From Elusimicrobiota bacterium (GTDB taxonomy: Bacteria > Elusimicrobiota > Elusimicrobia > Elusimicrobiales > UBA9959): 64,000 nt of DNA. The notes under the pieces were generated by a model, which saw only the letters and a list, made by a program, of their open reading frames with translations, did no database searches and was not told where the DNA came from. The position numbers were made by a program, and so were the translations under genes. Location: positions 32,001 through 96,000 of the forward strand of contig JAINCQ010000018.1 in assembly GCA_036574205.1 (NCBI GenBank), in the 5' to 3' direction. Shown here piece after piece: positions 48,069 to 58,731 of this stretch (its first letter is position 1; each line of letters starts with the position of its first letter).

Positions 48069-49310
48069 TTATTTTAGCATTTTATAAGCCAGCCACAAAG
48101 CAGTATTGGCTGATGCCTGCTTTATAAATTTTCTATCACCTTTAAAAAATCTTTTTTCTACAAATATTTTTTTGTCTGACACGACACTAAAATAAACAAG
48201 TCCAACCGGTTTATTTTTTGTCCCTCCGCCTGGACCAGCAATTCCAGTGATTGAAATAGCATAATCTGATTTAAATATTTTTTTTGCATTCTCTGCCATT
48301 TCAATAGCGGTTTCTTTTGAGACTGCTCCATATTTTTTGAGTGTTTTTTTATTTACTTTGAGTAGCTTATGTTTTATATCATTTGAGTAAGCATTTATTG
48401 AGCCAAGGTAATAAGCAGAACTTCCAGAAATATCTGTAATTTTACTGCTTGTAAGTCCACCAGTGCATGATTCTGCCAGTGAGATGGTTTTCTTTTTTTT
48501 AGCAAGAAGTTTGCCAAGATTTTCTTCTATAGTTTCATCACCATATCCATATATGTTATTCTTCAATTTTTCTTGTATTTCTTTTCTGGCTTTTTTATAT
48601 GCGAGATAATTATAGGAAAATATTGAAAATTCACATATGTTTGCGCCCGCCAATACCGTGAAATTTACTTCTTTATATTTATTAATTGTGTCCTGAACAA
48701 GATTTTGAACTTCCATTTCTTTTAGATCTGCTATCTTAAACCTTTGTGTATAGAGATTGCCTGAGTTAAATTCTTTTTTTAAAAATTCTTTTATTTTTTT
48801 CTCCCACATTTCTTCCCATTCCCTTCTTGGTCCTGGTAAAATTATAAATATTTTTTTCCTCCATTTTAATATTTCACCAAATGCTGTTCCATTATGATTT
48901 TCAATAAGTTTAGCTCCTTTTATAAAATAGCATTGATTTAAAAAATTTTCAGGAAGTTTTGAAATATTGTATCTTGACTTTAAAAAAAACTCTATTTTAT
49001 GTGAAAAAACAAGTGGTTTATTAGTAATTTCAGAAATCGCCTGTCTTGTCATATCATCAAATGTTGGTCCTAGTCCTCCACAGATTATAATCATATCGGT
49101 TTTATTAAAAGCATATTTAATGGCGGATTTAATCTCATTCAGATTATCAGGTGTTGTTATTTCACCTTTTAAAATAATTCCTATTTCTTTAAGTTTTTGT
49201 GAGAAGACCGGAGAATACTGGTTGACTTTAAAATTAAGTAATTCGCTTCCAACTGCCACAAGAAACGCAGTTTTAACTTTATTTGATTTGTATTTCTTTT
49301 TAAAAAACAT
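48069..49310 (-). CDS. cinA: Competence/damage-inducible protein CinA (MoCF-like + NMN deamidase)
   Basis: VGSELL, GGLGPT.DD.T, LPGP, AESCTGGL, GAVS, TGIAGPGGG. Confidence 0.92.
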   Translation of the reverse strand: MFFKKKYKSNKVKTAFLVAVGSELLNFKVNQYSPVFSQKLKEIGIILKGEITTPDNLNEIKSAIKYAFNKTDMIIICGGLGPTFDDMTRQAISEITNKPLVFSHKIEFFLKSRYNISKLPENFLNQCYFIKGAKLIENHNGTAFGEILKWRKKIFIILPGPRREWEEMWEKKIKEFLKKEFNSGNLYTQRFKIADLKEMEVQNLVQDTINKYKEVNFTVLAGANICEFSIFSYNYLAYKKARKEIQEKLKNNIYGYGDETIEENLGKLLAKKKKTISLAESCTGGLTSSKITDISGSSAYYLGSINAYSNDIKHKLLKVNKKTLKKYGAVSKETAIEMAENAKKIFKSDYAISITGIAGPGGGTKNKPVGLVYFSVVSDKKIFVEKRFFKGDRKFIKQASANTALWLAYKMLK

Positions 49311-49357
49311 ATTTAGTAAAAATATTATATCATTTATCCGGAATAATAAGTATTGTG

Positions 49358-49610
49358 TGTAAGATATCTATACATACCTGTCTGCGTGCCTGCCTGAGCG
49401 AAGACACTCGCAGTCAGGCGGACACGCACAGGCAGGTTGGAGTTTTTATGAGTTTCACCCTCATCCTTCACCTTCCCCCGTTAAGGGGGAAGGGATTTTA
49501 ACACTCATTTATGCCATTTTCTATTTTAAAGAGCCTCTATCTTCCTGCTACACGAATTTCTTTCTCCTTTTTTGGAGAGGGTTAGAGTGAGGAAATTTAA
49601 GGGAGAAGGG
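49358..49610. repeat. Nested-hairpin repeat copy 2 plus REP-like hairpins (left flank of pel cluster)
   Basis: 49365-49463 matches 61658-61756 at 96/99 positions; CCTTCCCCC-GTTAA-GGGGGAAGG hairpin follows. Confidence 0.9.
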
Positions 49611-49741
49611 AATTCAGAATTCAAAAGCAAATTAGTTATTCTAATGTTTTCTCCTTTGTCAAATTTACTTAGAAAATAAACAATCTATATATTTTGTATA
49701 ATTATATTGTAAGTGATATTTGAAAATGCTAAGGAGAAAAA

Positions 49742-50233
49742 ATGAAAAAAATATTTATATTATCGAGCTTTTTAATTGTTTCATGTTCTTCATTTAAAAA
49801 CATATCAAAAGTTCCACAAATCGATAAAACTGAAAAAATTGCAGTATTGCCTTTTGTAAATAATAGCGAAACACCATTATCAGGATTGAAAGCTAAAAAT
49901 ATGGTTGAAAATGAATTATATTACAAAAAATTTAATTTATCTACGTTTGAAGAAATGAAAGGTAGTGATAGTTTTTCTGAAAAAGATGTGTATGAGGCGA
50001 TAATCTCTTTGAAAAACAAAGTTAGATATGTATTTTATGGATATGTAAATGAATGGAGATATAAAGCCGGAGTAGATGCTGAACCGGCTGTTAGCATTAC
50101 AATAAATTTATATGATATAAAAAATGAAAAAGTTATATGGAGCGCTTCAGGCTCAAAAAATATGTCTTCATATAACTCCACAGGACTTACTGCGCAAAAA
50201 CTCATAAAAAAACTTATGAGTCCTATTAGATGA
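49742..50233 (+). CDS. pelC: Pel export outer-membrane lipoprotein PelC
   Basis: Lipobox LIVSC; PFVN.SETP.SG; G.VNEWRYK.GVD.EPAV. Confidence 0.88.
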   Translation: MKKIFILSSFLIVSCSSFKNISKVPQIDKTEKIAVLPFVNNSETPLSGLKAKNMVENELYYKKFNLSTFEEMKGSDSFSEKDVYEAIISLKNKVRYVFYGYVNEWRYKAGVDAEPAVSITINLYDIKNEKVIWSASGSKNMSSYNSTGLTAQKLIKKLMSPIR

Positions 50234-51495
50234 GAAAATTTAGAATTTTTTCAGAAATTTCCATTTTAGGATTAATATTTGAGTTATTACTTATATCTTT
50301 TGTTTTTTTTTCAATAGGATATATTTCAAATAAAGCTGATCCTTTACTGATTAATTCGGAAATAAACATACTTTTAATATTGATTTGTGTTATCACACTT
50401 TTTTATGGTCTTTTTTCGGGAGTCATAGTAATGGCAGTTGTAGGCTTTGGACTTTACTATTTTTATAAGCCTTTTCCATACAATTATTTCGTAAATAATC
50501 TTTTTTTTATGCTTATATTTTCAGAATTTCATTTTTTCTGGAATAGAACTATTAAAAAATTAGAAAAGCAAAATAAATATACAGAATTAAAGCTTGGAGA
50601 ATTAACCAGAAATTTTTATGCACTAAAATTATCTCACGATCAACTTGAAAAAAGCTATATACTTAAACCAAACAGTCTTAGAAACACATTACAACAAATA
50701 AAAAATCTTTATTTAAATAATGATTCTGTTTCATATGAAGAATTGCTGACAATAATATCTAAAAATTATGGCATAAAAAAAGCTTCTCTTTATCTATATA
50801 AAAACGGCAATTATGAAAATGTTTCCAGCCTTGGAGATAAAAAAACTTTAAACAAAGATAGCAGGGTTTTTAAAGATGCTATTGAAACAATGTCTCCTTC
50901 TTATTTGTCTAAATTTGAAGACCTCAAATTGGATTATCTATGTGTTATACCATCATATGATTCAAACGAAAATTTAAGGATGCTACTTGTTATTGAAGAT
51001 ATGCAATTTTTGCAATTTAATAAAGATACAATTTTTTCAATATGGGTTATACTAAACTATTTTTCAGATTTTATTTCACATATATCTTTAGCAGAAGAAA
51101 TGATCAGAAAATATTCACAATGCCCCTCTAATCTTTTAGTTGAAATTAAAAGACTTGCTAATATAAGAAAAAAATTGGAACTTAAAAGTCTCATACTTAT
51201 GATAAAAGTTAATAAAACAGGGGTATCGATAGATGATATAATTTTTCTTATTTCAAAAAATCTTAGAGGAATGGACATAATATGTTATAAAAACAATATG
51301 ATTTTTATATTATTTCCTCTTGTATCTTATTCAAATATACAACCTGTAATAGAAAAAATAGAAAATCAGATATTAGAGAGATTTTCTTTCGGCAAAGAAA
51401 GTTTTTCATATAAAGTGCTTGAAGTTTTAGACGATCCATATAAAACTGCGGATTATATTTTAGGAATAATACAAAAAGAAAATGAATCCAGGTAA
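50230..51495 (+). CDS. pelD: c-di-GMP receptor PelD
   Basis: N-terminal TMs, LKLSHDQLE, GAF-like middle, degenerate GGDEF domain with RxxD (RGMD). Confidence 0.87.
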   Translation: MRKFRIFSEISILGLIFELLLISFVFFSIGYISNKADPLLINSEINILLILICVITLFYGLFSGVIVMAVVGFGLYYFYKPFPYNYFVNNLFFMLIFSEFHFFWNRTIKKLEKQNKYTELKLGELTRNFYALKLSHDQLEKSYILKPNSLRNTLQQIKNLYLNNDSVSYEELLTIISKNYGIKKASLYLYKNGNYENVSSLGDKKTLNKDSRVFKDAIETMSPSYLSKFEDLKLDYLCVIPSYDSNENLRMLLVIEDMQFLQFNKDTIFSIWVILNYFSDFISHISLAEEMIRKYSQCPSNLLVEIKRLANIRKKLELKSLILMIKVNKTGVSIDDIIFLISKNLRGMDIICYKNNMIFILFPLVSYSNIQPVIEKIENQILERFSFGKESFSYKVLEVLDDPYKTADYILGIIQKENESR

Positions 51496-52465
51496 TATAT
51501 ATAAATCAATTTTTCTTGAAATTTCATCTATTGCTGTTATAATATTTAGCAAAACTTTTCCATCTGTTTTAGCTTTTTTTATTTTACATGGATTAGCCAG
51601 TTTTTTGATTTCACAAATAATAATTTCTCTGATGCCTGCAAATTATAAGAAAAAATATCTATTTAATTTATTTTTTATGACTGTTTTAAACACTGCAACT
51701 TTATTTTTAGGCTATGCCGCATCTTTTTATTTAGCAACAGTGCTGCTTAGAAAGCAAAAAATGTCAGCAAAATATGATATTTGCTCCATAGATTCTTCAC
51801 AACTTATGCTTTTTCCATCAGTAAAAAGAGAACTTGGCGAAGGATCAGCATCGTTATCGGGTAAAAAAATACCAAAAGAAATAAAATTAAAAATTATGGA
51901 AACTTTTTCTAAAGAAATAACTCCAGAGTCCATAAAAATAATAAAAAATTTACTTACAGATGAAGACTATGAAATAAGGCTTTATAGTTTCCAGGCTTTG
52001 AATAGTCTTAAAAATGAGATAAACTTAAAAATAAACGAAGCTCTTAATGAGCTTGAGAAAGAAAAAGACAATTTTAAAAAAGCTCAAATTAATAAAAAAC
52101 TTGCACTTTTTTATTTTGATATGTTTGATTTAGAACTTTCAGAAGAGAGTTTAAGTGATTTTTTTATTGAGAGGTCTTTATATCATCTAAATCTTGCAGA
52201 AGAATTCATGGGAGATGGAGAATTGCTTTTTATAAAAGCCAAAATAATGAATATAAAAGGAGAAAAATTAGCAGCAATTGATTTTTTTAATAAAGCAGTA
52301 AAATATGGAATTGATGAACATATGGCATATCCATTGATTGCTGAAATATATTTTGAATTAAAAAATTACCAAAAGGTAAGAGAAATCTTATCAAAAGATT
52401 TTTCTATTAAACTTGACTTTCATACAAAACCTATAGCTGATATTTGGGAGGCTCACATTGCTTAA
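51482..52465 (+). CDS. pelE: Pel biosynthesis protein PelE
   Basis: N-terminal TMs, LL.DED.EIRL.SF motif, TPR-like C-terminus; lies between pelD and pelF. Confidence 0.8.
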   Translation: MNPGNIYKSIFLEISSIAVIIFSKTFPSVLAFFILHGLASFLISQIIISLMPANYKKKYLFNLFFMTVLNTATLFLGYAASFYLATVLLRKQKMSAKYDICSIDSSQLMLFPSVKRELGEGSASLSGKKIPKEIKLKIMETFSKEITPESIKIIKNLLTDEDYEIRLYSFQALNSLKNEINLKINEALNELEKEKDNFKKAQINKKLALFYFDMFDLELSEESLSDFFIERSLYHLNLAEEFMGDGELLFIKAKIMNIKGEKLAAIDFFNKAVKYGIDEHMAYPLIAEIYFELKNYQKVREILSKDFSIKLDFHTKPIADIWEAHIA

Positions 52466-53966
52466 AAGAACTGCCTTGAAAGTTGATATAATGCTTATCT
52501 GCGAAGGCACCTTCCCATATATAAAAGGTGGGGTTTCTTCATGGATAAATCAGCTTATAAAAGGTTTACCTCAATTTGATTTTGGAATAATATTTTTGGG
52601 AGGGACAAAAAAAGATTATAAGGAACCTCAATATGAATTTCCTGACAATTTAAAGCATTTTGAAGAACATTTTCTTTTTGAAAATATATCACCTAAAGAA
52701 TCAATACGCCAGATTGAAGGCAAAAAAGATTTAGTGGAAAAAATGCGTGCGCTTCACTATTGGTTCAGGACACATGGAGACACGCTGGCTGAAGAGATAA
52801 AAAAACTTGATTTTTACAAACAAATAGATTATGAGCAATTTTTAAGATCAAAAAAATCTTTTTCTTTTATAATATCTGAATATGAGAAAAATTGTCCGCA
52901 AGTTCCTTTTGTTGAATATTTTTGGACTGTAAGAAATATTCATTCCCCCATCTGGATAGTTGCTAATGCGGCGATGAAAGCTCCTGAATTTTCAGTTATA
53001 CATTCTCCATCAACAGGATATGCTGGATTATTGGCTTCTTTTTTGAAAAATAATTATAAAAAAAAATTTATTCTTACAGAACATGGCATATATCTTCTTG
53101 AAAGAAAAATCGACATCATGCTTTCTAAATGGATAGAAGAATACAGAATAAATTTACTAAAAAGCTCTGGAGAAAAAAATTACATAAAAGAACTATGGAT
53201 AAGATTTTTTCAAGGTATAAATAAATTTGCATATGAAAGCGCAGATGAAATAATTTCTCTTTATTCAGGAGCAAAGAATATTCAAATAACATATGGAGCA
53301 AATCCAGATAAAACAAAGGTAATTCCTAATGGCATAGATCCAGATAAATTTTCTGAAAGCCTAAAAAAAAGAAGTGATAAAATTCCACCCGTTATATCAT
53401 TAGTAGGGAGAGTTGTTCCGATAAAAGATGTTAAAACTTTTATTACAGCGATAAAAATAGCATGCGCTTCAATGCCTGAAATTGAAGGCTGGATAGCAGG
53501 TCCTTACGATGAAGATAAAGAATACTATAATGAATGCCTTCAGCTTGTAAGAACTTTTAATCTTGAAAAAAAAATAAAATTTCTGGGTTTTCAAAAAATG
53601 GAAGATTTGCTTCCAAAAACCGGACTACTTACACTAACATCTATAAGTGAAGGTATGCCTCTGGTCATACTTGAAGGATTTGCGGCAGGTGTGCCAGCTG
53701 TGGCAACTGATGTTGGAGCATGCGCTGAACTAATATATGGCAAAGATGAAGAAGACATTAAACTTGGGAAAGCAGGAGAAATAGTGCCTGTTGCAAATCC
53801 AAAAGCTTTAGCACATGCTTATATAAGTATTTTAACTAATAAAGAATTATGGCTTAAATATTCTGATACAGGATTAAAAAGGCTAAAACTCTATTATAAT
53901 GAAAAAGACTTACTTGCAAAATATGCGGATATATATAAAAAATCTATAAATGGGGATAAAAAGTAA
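52458..53966 (+). CDS. pelF: GT4 glycosyltransferase PelF
   Basis: EGTFPYIKGGVSSW, STGYAG, LTEHGIY..ER, GRVVPIKDVKTFI, TSISEG.PLVILE. Confidence 0.95.
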   Translation: MLKRTALKVDIMLICEGTFPYIKGGVSSWINQLIKGLPQFDFGIIFLGGTKKDYKEPQYEFPDNLKHFEEHFLFENISPKESIRQIEGKKDLVEKMRALHYWFRTHGDTLAEEIKKLDFYKQIDYEQFLRSKKSFSFIISEYEKNCPQVPFVEYFWTVRNIHSPIWIVANAAMKAPEFSVIHSPSTGYAGLLASFLKNNYKKKFILTEHGIYLLERKIDIMLSKWIEEYRINLLKSSGEKNYIKELWIRFFQGINKFAYESADEIISLYSGAKNIQITYGANPDKTKVIPNGIDPDKFSESLKKRSDKIPPVISLVGRVVPIKDVKTFITAIKIACASMPEIEGWIAGPYDEDKEYYNECLQLVRTFNLEKKIKFLGFQKMEDLLPKTGLLTLTSISEGMPLVILEGFAAGVPAVATDVGACAELIYGKDEEDIKLGKAGEIVPVANPKALAHAYISILTNKELWLKYSDTGLKRLKLYYNEKDLLAKYADIYKKSINGDKK

Positions 53967-55345
53967 TGGCAGGAATAGGATTTGAATTAAAAAAAATGTT
54001 TAAAGAAGACAGGCTTTCTTCAATTTTTAAAGTATATGGCTATTCTGCACTGCTAAGTTCAGGCACATGGATGATTTCTATTTTCAGTATAATGTTTATA
54101 GGTCTTATAAAAACATATCAAAAAGAAAATCTTTCAGATATTATAAAATTTCAGGTATCCATAACATATCTTCTTGCTCTTAGTTTAATTTTTTCAAGTT
54201 TTTTTCAGCTTTCATTTTCAAGATATATAGCTGACAGGATTTTTCATAAAAATCAGGAAAAAATACTACCAGGATTTATAGGTGTTTTATTTTTAACTTT
54301 TACTTCAGGACTTTTGTTCATACTTTCTTTTTCATTTATTTTCCTTTCAAACACAAGCCCATCTTATATAATATTGTTTTGCGGGTCTTTTTTAGTTCTA
54401 ACAGGTATGTGGATAGCCAATACTCTTCTTTTAGGAATAAAAAGATATAAAATAATATTCATCGCCTATCTTATTTCCTATTCTATTGTAATGATACTTG
54501 CATTTACAGCCGGAAAATTTAAACTTGAAGGACTGATGTTTTCTTTTTTTACAGGCAATGCAATACTTTTCTTTTTTTTATCAGCAATAATAATTTACAA
54601 TTATCATTCTGGCGATTTTATAGATTTTGATTTCTTAACAAGTAAAAAATATAGGCTTTTGCCTTCTCTTATATTTGGATCTATTTTTTATAATCTGGGA
54701 GTATGGATAGATAAATTTTTTTTCTGGTTTTCACCAAATACAGGGTATAATGTAATAGGAAAACTTAATGCCTCAGTTGTGTATGATTTGCCGATCTTTC
54801 TTGCCTATCTTTCAATAATCCCTGGAATGGCTATTTTTTTTTACAGGCTTGAAGCAGATTTTGCAGAAAAATATGAATTATTTTATAAGGCAGTAAGGGA
54901 AGGCGGAACTTATTCTGAAATTAGAGATTATAAAGAAGAAATGGTTGATACTGTAAGGATTATGATAAGAGAAGTTATAGTTATACAAGGCATATTTGAT
55001 CTTCTTGTATACTTCTATTCACCGTCAATTTTTGAAATGTTGAATATGCCTAAACTGTATTTACCATTGTTTCATATAGACCTTATTGGAGTTCAACTAC
55101 AACTTGGATTTATGGCAATGCTCAGTGTTCTTTACTATCTGGATAAAAGGACTGAGGCAATGTTTGCGTCTTTAATTTTCTTAATAACAAACTCTATATT
55201 TGCCATACTAACTATAAAATATATGGGTCCTTTTTATTTTGGATATGGATTTTCCATATCTGCATTTATTTCATTTTTAATTTCTATATATATGCTAAGA
55301 GAAGCCCTAAGGAAACTTGAATATGAGACTTTTATGCTTATATAA
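53966..55345 (+). CDS. pelG: Pel transporter PelG
   Basis: MAGIGFELKK, RYIAD.IF, G.WIDKF.FW, YDLPIFLAYLSIIPGM. Confidence 0.95.
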   Translation: MAGIGFELKKMFKEDRLSSIFKVYGYSALLSSGTWMISIFSIMFIGLIKTYQKENLSDIIKFQVSITYLLALSLIFSSFFQLSFSRYIADRIFHKNQEKILPGFIGVLFLTFTSGLLFILSFSFIFLSNTSPSYIILFCGSFLVLTGMWIANTLLLGIKRYKIIFIAYLISYSIVMILAFTAGKFKLEGLMFSFFTGNAILFFFLSAIIIYNYHSGDFIDFDFLTSKKYRLLPSLIFGSIFYNLGVWIDKFFFWFSPNTGYNVIGKLNASVVYDLPIFLAYLSIIPGMAIFFYRLEADFAEKYELFYKAVREGGTYSEIRDYKEEMVDTVRIMIREVIVIQGIFDLLVYFYSPSIFEMLNMPKLYLPLFHIDLIGVQLQLGFMAMLSVLYYLDKRTEAMFASLIFLITNSIFAILTIKYMGPFYFGYGFSISAFISFLISIYMLREALRKLEYETFMLI

Positions 55346-57992
55346 ACACATAATTTTACTGCTTGTATTGCCAGCAATACTTGCAGCGGAAAAAACTGCT
55401 ATCTATTATGGAAAAGATTTTCCTCGTGAAAAGCTGTCTTTTTTTGATAATATTATTGTTCAACCTGATAATGTACCCATAGAGCTTATATCAAAAAATC
55501 CTGAAAAATTTTATGCTTATATAAGCGTTTGTGAAAGCGATGAAGAGTTGCCTGAAGATTTAAAAATAGGTGAAAATAAAGATTGGAAAACATATATATG
55601 GGATATGAGAAAAGTTCAATATAGAGAACTTCTTGAAGAAAAAGCCAGAAAAATATATCAGAGGGGGTTTAGAAATTTTTTTCTTGATACTCTGGATTCA
55701 TATATACCTTTAATTGAAAATCAAGAAGAGAAAGATAAATATGCAGCTGGAATAATTGAATTTATAAAAAAACTTAAAGAAAATTTTCCTGACTCAAAGA
55801 TAATAATTAATCGTGGATTTGAAATAATGAGAGATATAAAAAAATACTCAGATTCAATGGTAGCTGAGTCTTTGTATAAAGCTTACGATCCAGTTAAATC
55901 TATATATTATGATAAAAAAACAGAAGATTCATTATGGCTTAAAGGAAAACTTAAAGAAGCTCAAGAACTTGGTTATTCAATTACAGTAGTAGACTATCTT
56001 CCGCCAACAGAAAAAAGCAAAAGGCTTGAGCTTGCAAGAAAAATAAAAAAAGATGGTTTTTCTCCTTACATTTCAGATGGAAACCTTGAATTCTGGGGTC
56101 AGACAGAATATGAAAAAATAAAAAGAAAAATTCTTGTATTTTATGATTCTTCAATTTCTTATGATAAAGTTTATTCTCAAGCTCATAGAATAGTCTCAGG
56201 CCCAATTGAGTATCTGGGATATATCCCTGTATTGTTAGATATAAAGAATGGCTTACCTGAAAAAACAGATGATTTTTCAGGGGTAATTTTTGTTCTTGGA
56301 AATTATAAAACAAAAAATCCTGATGAACTTATAAACTGGATAAACCAAAAAATAAAAGAAGGATTGAAATTTGTTTTTCTTGGATATATCCCATTGCCTT
56401 TGGAAAGATATTATTTAAATCAACTGGGAATTAATGTAGAGAAAAATCTTTCTGTTATGAGTAAAAAAAATAAAACAATTACGAATAAAAAATATATTGG
56501 AGAAATTGCTCCATATTTTTATTACACGGAAAATTTTCTCTCTATTTCTTCTGGAGTGGTTGTATCGCAGTCAATAAACGATAAGGGGCAAAAGCATAGT
56601 CAAGCAGCGATAACCCAATGGGGTGGATATGCAATTGATGGATCATGGCTAGAAATGATTAAAGATTATGAAGTTTTACCAATTAATCTTTATACTTTTT
56701 TAAAAGATACATTAAGGTTACCTGATATACCCATACCAGATCCTACTACGGAAAATGGCAGGAGAATAATGTTTGCTCATATAGATGGGGATGGTTTTTC
56801 ATCTTTATGTGAATATAACAACTCTTTATATAGCGGAGAAGTACTTATCAAAGAAATATTAACAAAATACAAAATTCCACATTCAGTTTCTGTTATAAGA
56901 GGAGAAATAGAGCATCCTTCTTTAACAAAAGAAATTCAGGAAAGGCTAAAAAAAATTGCTAAAGAAATTTTCAAACTTGAAAATGTGGAAGTAGGGAATC
57001 ACTCTTACTCACATCCTTTTAAATGGGTAGACATCACAAGAAATTTTGAGTATCATAATGTTAAGCAAATTTATGGACTTAATATACCCGGATATACATT
57101 CAATCTTGAATATGAAATAATTGGAACAAAAAAGTGGCTTGAAGAAGAGCTTGCTCCACAAGGCAAAAAAAATAAAATATTTTTTTGGACAGGTGACTGT
57201 ATAGCTCCATCTTCAGCACTTAAAATTTTAAATGATAATAAAATGTTAAATATAAACGGAGGAAACACATTCGCCACAAAAGAGGCTCCCTATATTTCTC
57301 TAATTTCCCCTTATGGGATTGAAAGAGACGGATATTACCAGATATATGCAGGACAGCAAAACGAAAATGTTTATACAGGTTTACGGACAGGACCTTTCTG
57401 GGGTTATAAAAAAGTTATTGAAACTTTTGTTCTTACAGAAAACCCAAGAAGATTAAAACCTCTTAACATATATTATCATTTTTATTCTGCTACAAAATAT
57501 CCTTCACTTAAAGCTCTTAAAGATGTTTATGATTATGCTATGAAACAAAAAACAAATCCTCAATATGCTTCTCAATATGTGAAAAAAGTTAAAGATTTTT
57601 ATGAATGCGAGATTTACAATTATGAAAATGAATGGGTGATTTCATCTTCTGGAGATTTAAAAACATTCAGAGTTGCTTCTAATAGATATCCTGAAATATA
57701 TGCATCAGCAGCAGGATTTGAAAAAAATAAAAATGAAAATTATATACATCTTTTTGGTAAACCTCCATTTTATCTTATTTTAACTAATAAAAAACCTTCT
57801 GTGCCTTATTTAAAAAATTCCAATGCATCCATAATTGATTTTAAAAGTGAAAATAAAAAAATCTACATAAAGTTGCAGGGAAATGTGAAAATAGAATATG
57901 AAATTGGGAATAATAATGGATGTGAAATAATTGAAAAAAATAATAACAAAAATAATTTCTTCGAGAAAGAAATATATGGAAAATGCAAATAG
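55323..57992 (+). CDS. pelA: Bifunctional glycoside hydrolase / polysaccharide deacetylase PelA
   Basis: YAYISV.E, FLDTLDSY, IINRGFE, ESLY; PDPTTENGRR...HIDGDGF, HSYSHPF.W, YYHFYS; exact start uncertain. Confidence 0.93.
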   Translation: MRLLCLYKHIILLLVLPAILAAEKTAIYYGKDFPREKLSFFDNIIVQPDNVPIELISKNPEKFYAYISVCESDEELPEDLKIGENKDWKTYIWDMRKVQYRELLEEKARKIYQRGFRNFFLDTLDSYIPLIENQEEKDKYAAGIIEFIKKLKENFPDSKIIINRGFEIMRDIKKYSDSMVAESLYKAYDPVKSIYYDKKTEDSLWLKGKLKEAQELGYSITVVDYLPPTEKSKRLELARKIKKDGFSPYISDGNLEFWGQTEYEKIKRKILVFYDSSISYDKVYSQAHRIVSGPIEYLGYIPVLLDIKNGLPEKTDDFSGVIFVLGNYKTKNPDELINWINQKIKEGLKFVFLGYIPLPLERYYLNQLGINVEKNLSVMSKKNKTITNKKYIGEIAPYFYYTENFLSISSGVVVSQSINDKGQKHSQAAITQWGGYAIDGSWLEMIKDYEVLPINLYTFLKDTLRLPDIPIPDPTTENGRRIMFAHIDGDGFSSLCEYNNSLYSGEVLIKEILTKYKIPHSVSVIRGEIEHPSLTKEIQERLKKIAKEIFKLENVEVGNHSYSHPFKWVDITRNFEYHNVKQIYGLNIPGYTFNLEYEIIGTKKWLEEELAPQGKKNKIFFWTGDCIAPSSALKILNDNKMLNINGGNTFATKEAPYISLISPYGIERDGYYQIYAGQQNENVYTGLRTGPFWGYKKVIETFVLTENPRRLKPLNIYYHFYSATKYPSLKALKDVYDYAMKQKTNPQYASQYVKKVKDFYECEIYNYENEWVISSSGDLKTFRVASNRYPEIYASAAGFEKNKNENYIHLFGKPPFYLILTNKKPSVPYLKNSNASIIDFKSENKKIYIKLQGNVKIEYEIGNNNGCEIIEKNNNKNNFFEKEIYGKCK

Positions 57993-58731
57993 AAAAGAAG
58001 TTTTAATAGCTTATGACAGAGAAATATTTCTTATTTTTCTTATATTTTCTTTTCTATTATACGCTCTTTATCCAAAAGACAAACTTGCTATGTATGCTAT
58101 AAATGAAGATAAAAATTATGATTTAACAGAGCTTTATTTAAGGAATATGTATAAAAAATATCCACAAAATACTGATTTAATTTTTGCTCTTTGCGATGTT
58201 TATATAAAACAGAAAAAATTTCAGAAAGCCATAGAAATAATAAATGAGATTTCCAATATAAATGATACTGAAATAAAAGCAAAATCCAGCCTTTATCTTG
58301 CAAGAATAAAGCTTTACTCACTTGATCCTCACTCTGATGATTTCAATGAAAATCTGCTTTACCTTAAAAAATATTATTCTTCTTCAGATTTGTTACTAAA
58401 AAACTCTGAAAAAGAAAAAATACTTGAAGAGTATTCTTTTAGACTTATGAGTATGGGACTTTATAAAGAAGCATTTGAAGGTTTACTGGCTATATTAAAT
58501 TCCAACTCCTCTCAAGAATATAAGGAAATGGCTCTTAAACAAATAGCAAAAGTCATAAGGGCTGGCGGGCTATTAAAAGAACAAGCACCAAAACTTTCAA
58601 CTTTTGAAAACATTTTTTTAAAAAATGATGAAAGCGCAAATATTATTCTTAAAATATACTTAGAAGTTGGCAGAGTTGATCTTGCACGCGCATATGCATT
58701 GAAAATTCTTAAAGCAAAAAAGATTATATGA
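57976..58731 (+). CDS. PelB N-terminal-like membrane-anchored TPR protein
   Basis: TM ending LYP, then DL..LYL.....YP.N.DL pattern resembling the PelB N-terminus; overlaps pelA and the next gene. Confidence 0.6.
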   Translation: MENANRKEVLIAYDREIFLIFLIFSFLLYALYPKDKLAMYAINEDKNYDLTELYLRNMYKKYPQNTDLIFALCDVYIKQKKFQKAIEIINEISNINDTEIKAKSSLYLARIKLYSLDPHSDDFNENLLYLKKYYSSSDLLLKNSEKEKILEEYSFRLMSMGLYKEAFEGLLAILNSNSSQEYKEMALKQIAKVIRAGGLLKEQAPKLSTFENIFLKNDESANIILKIYLEVGRVDLARAYALKILKAKKII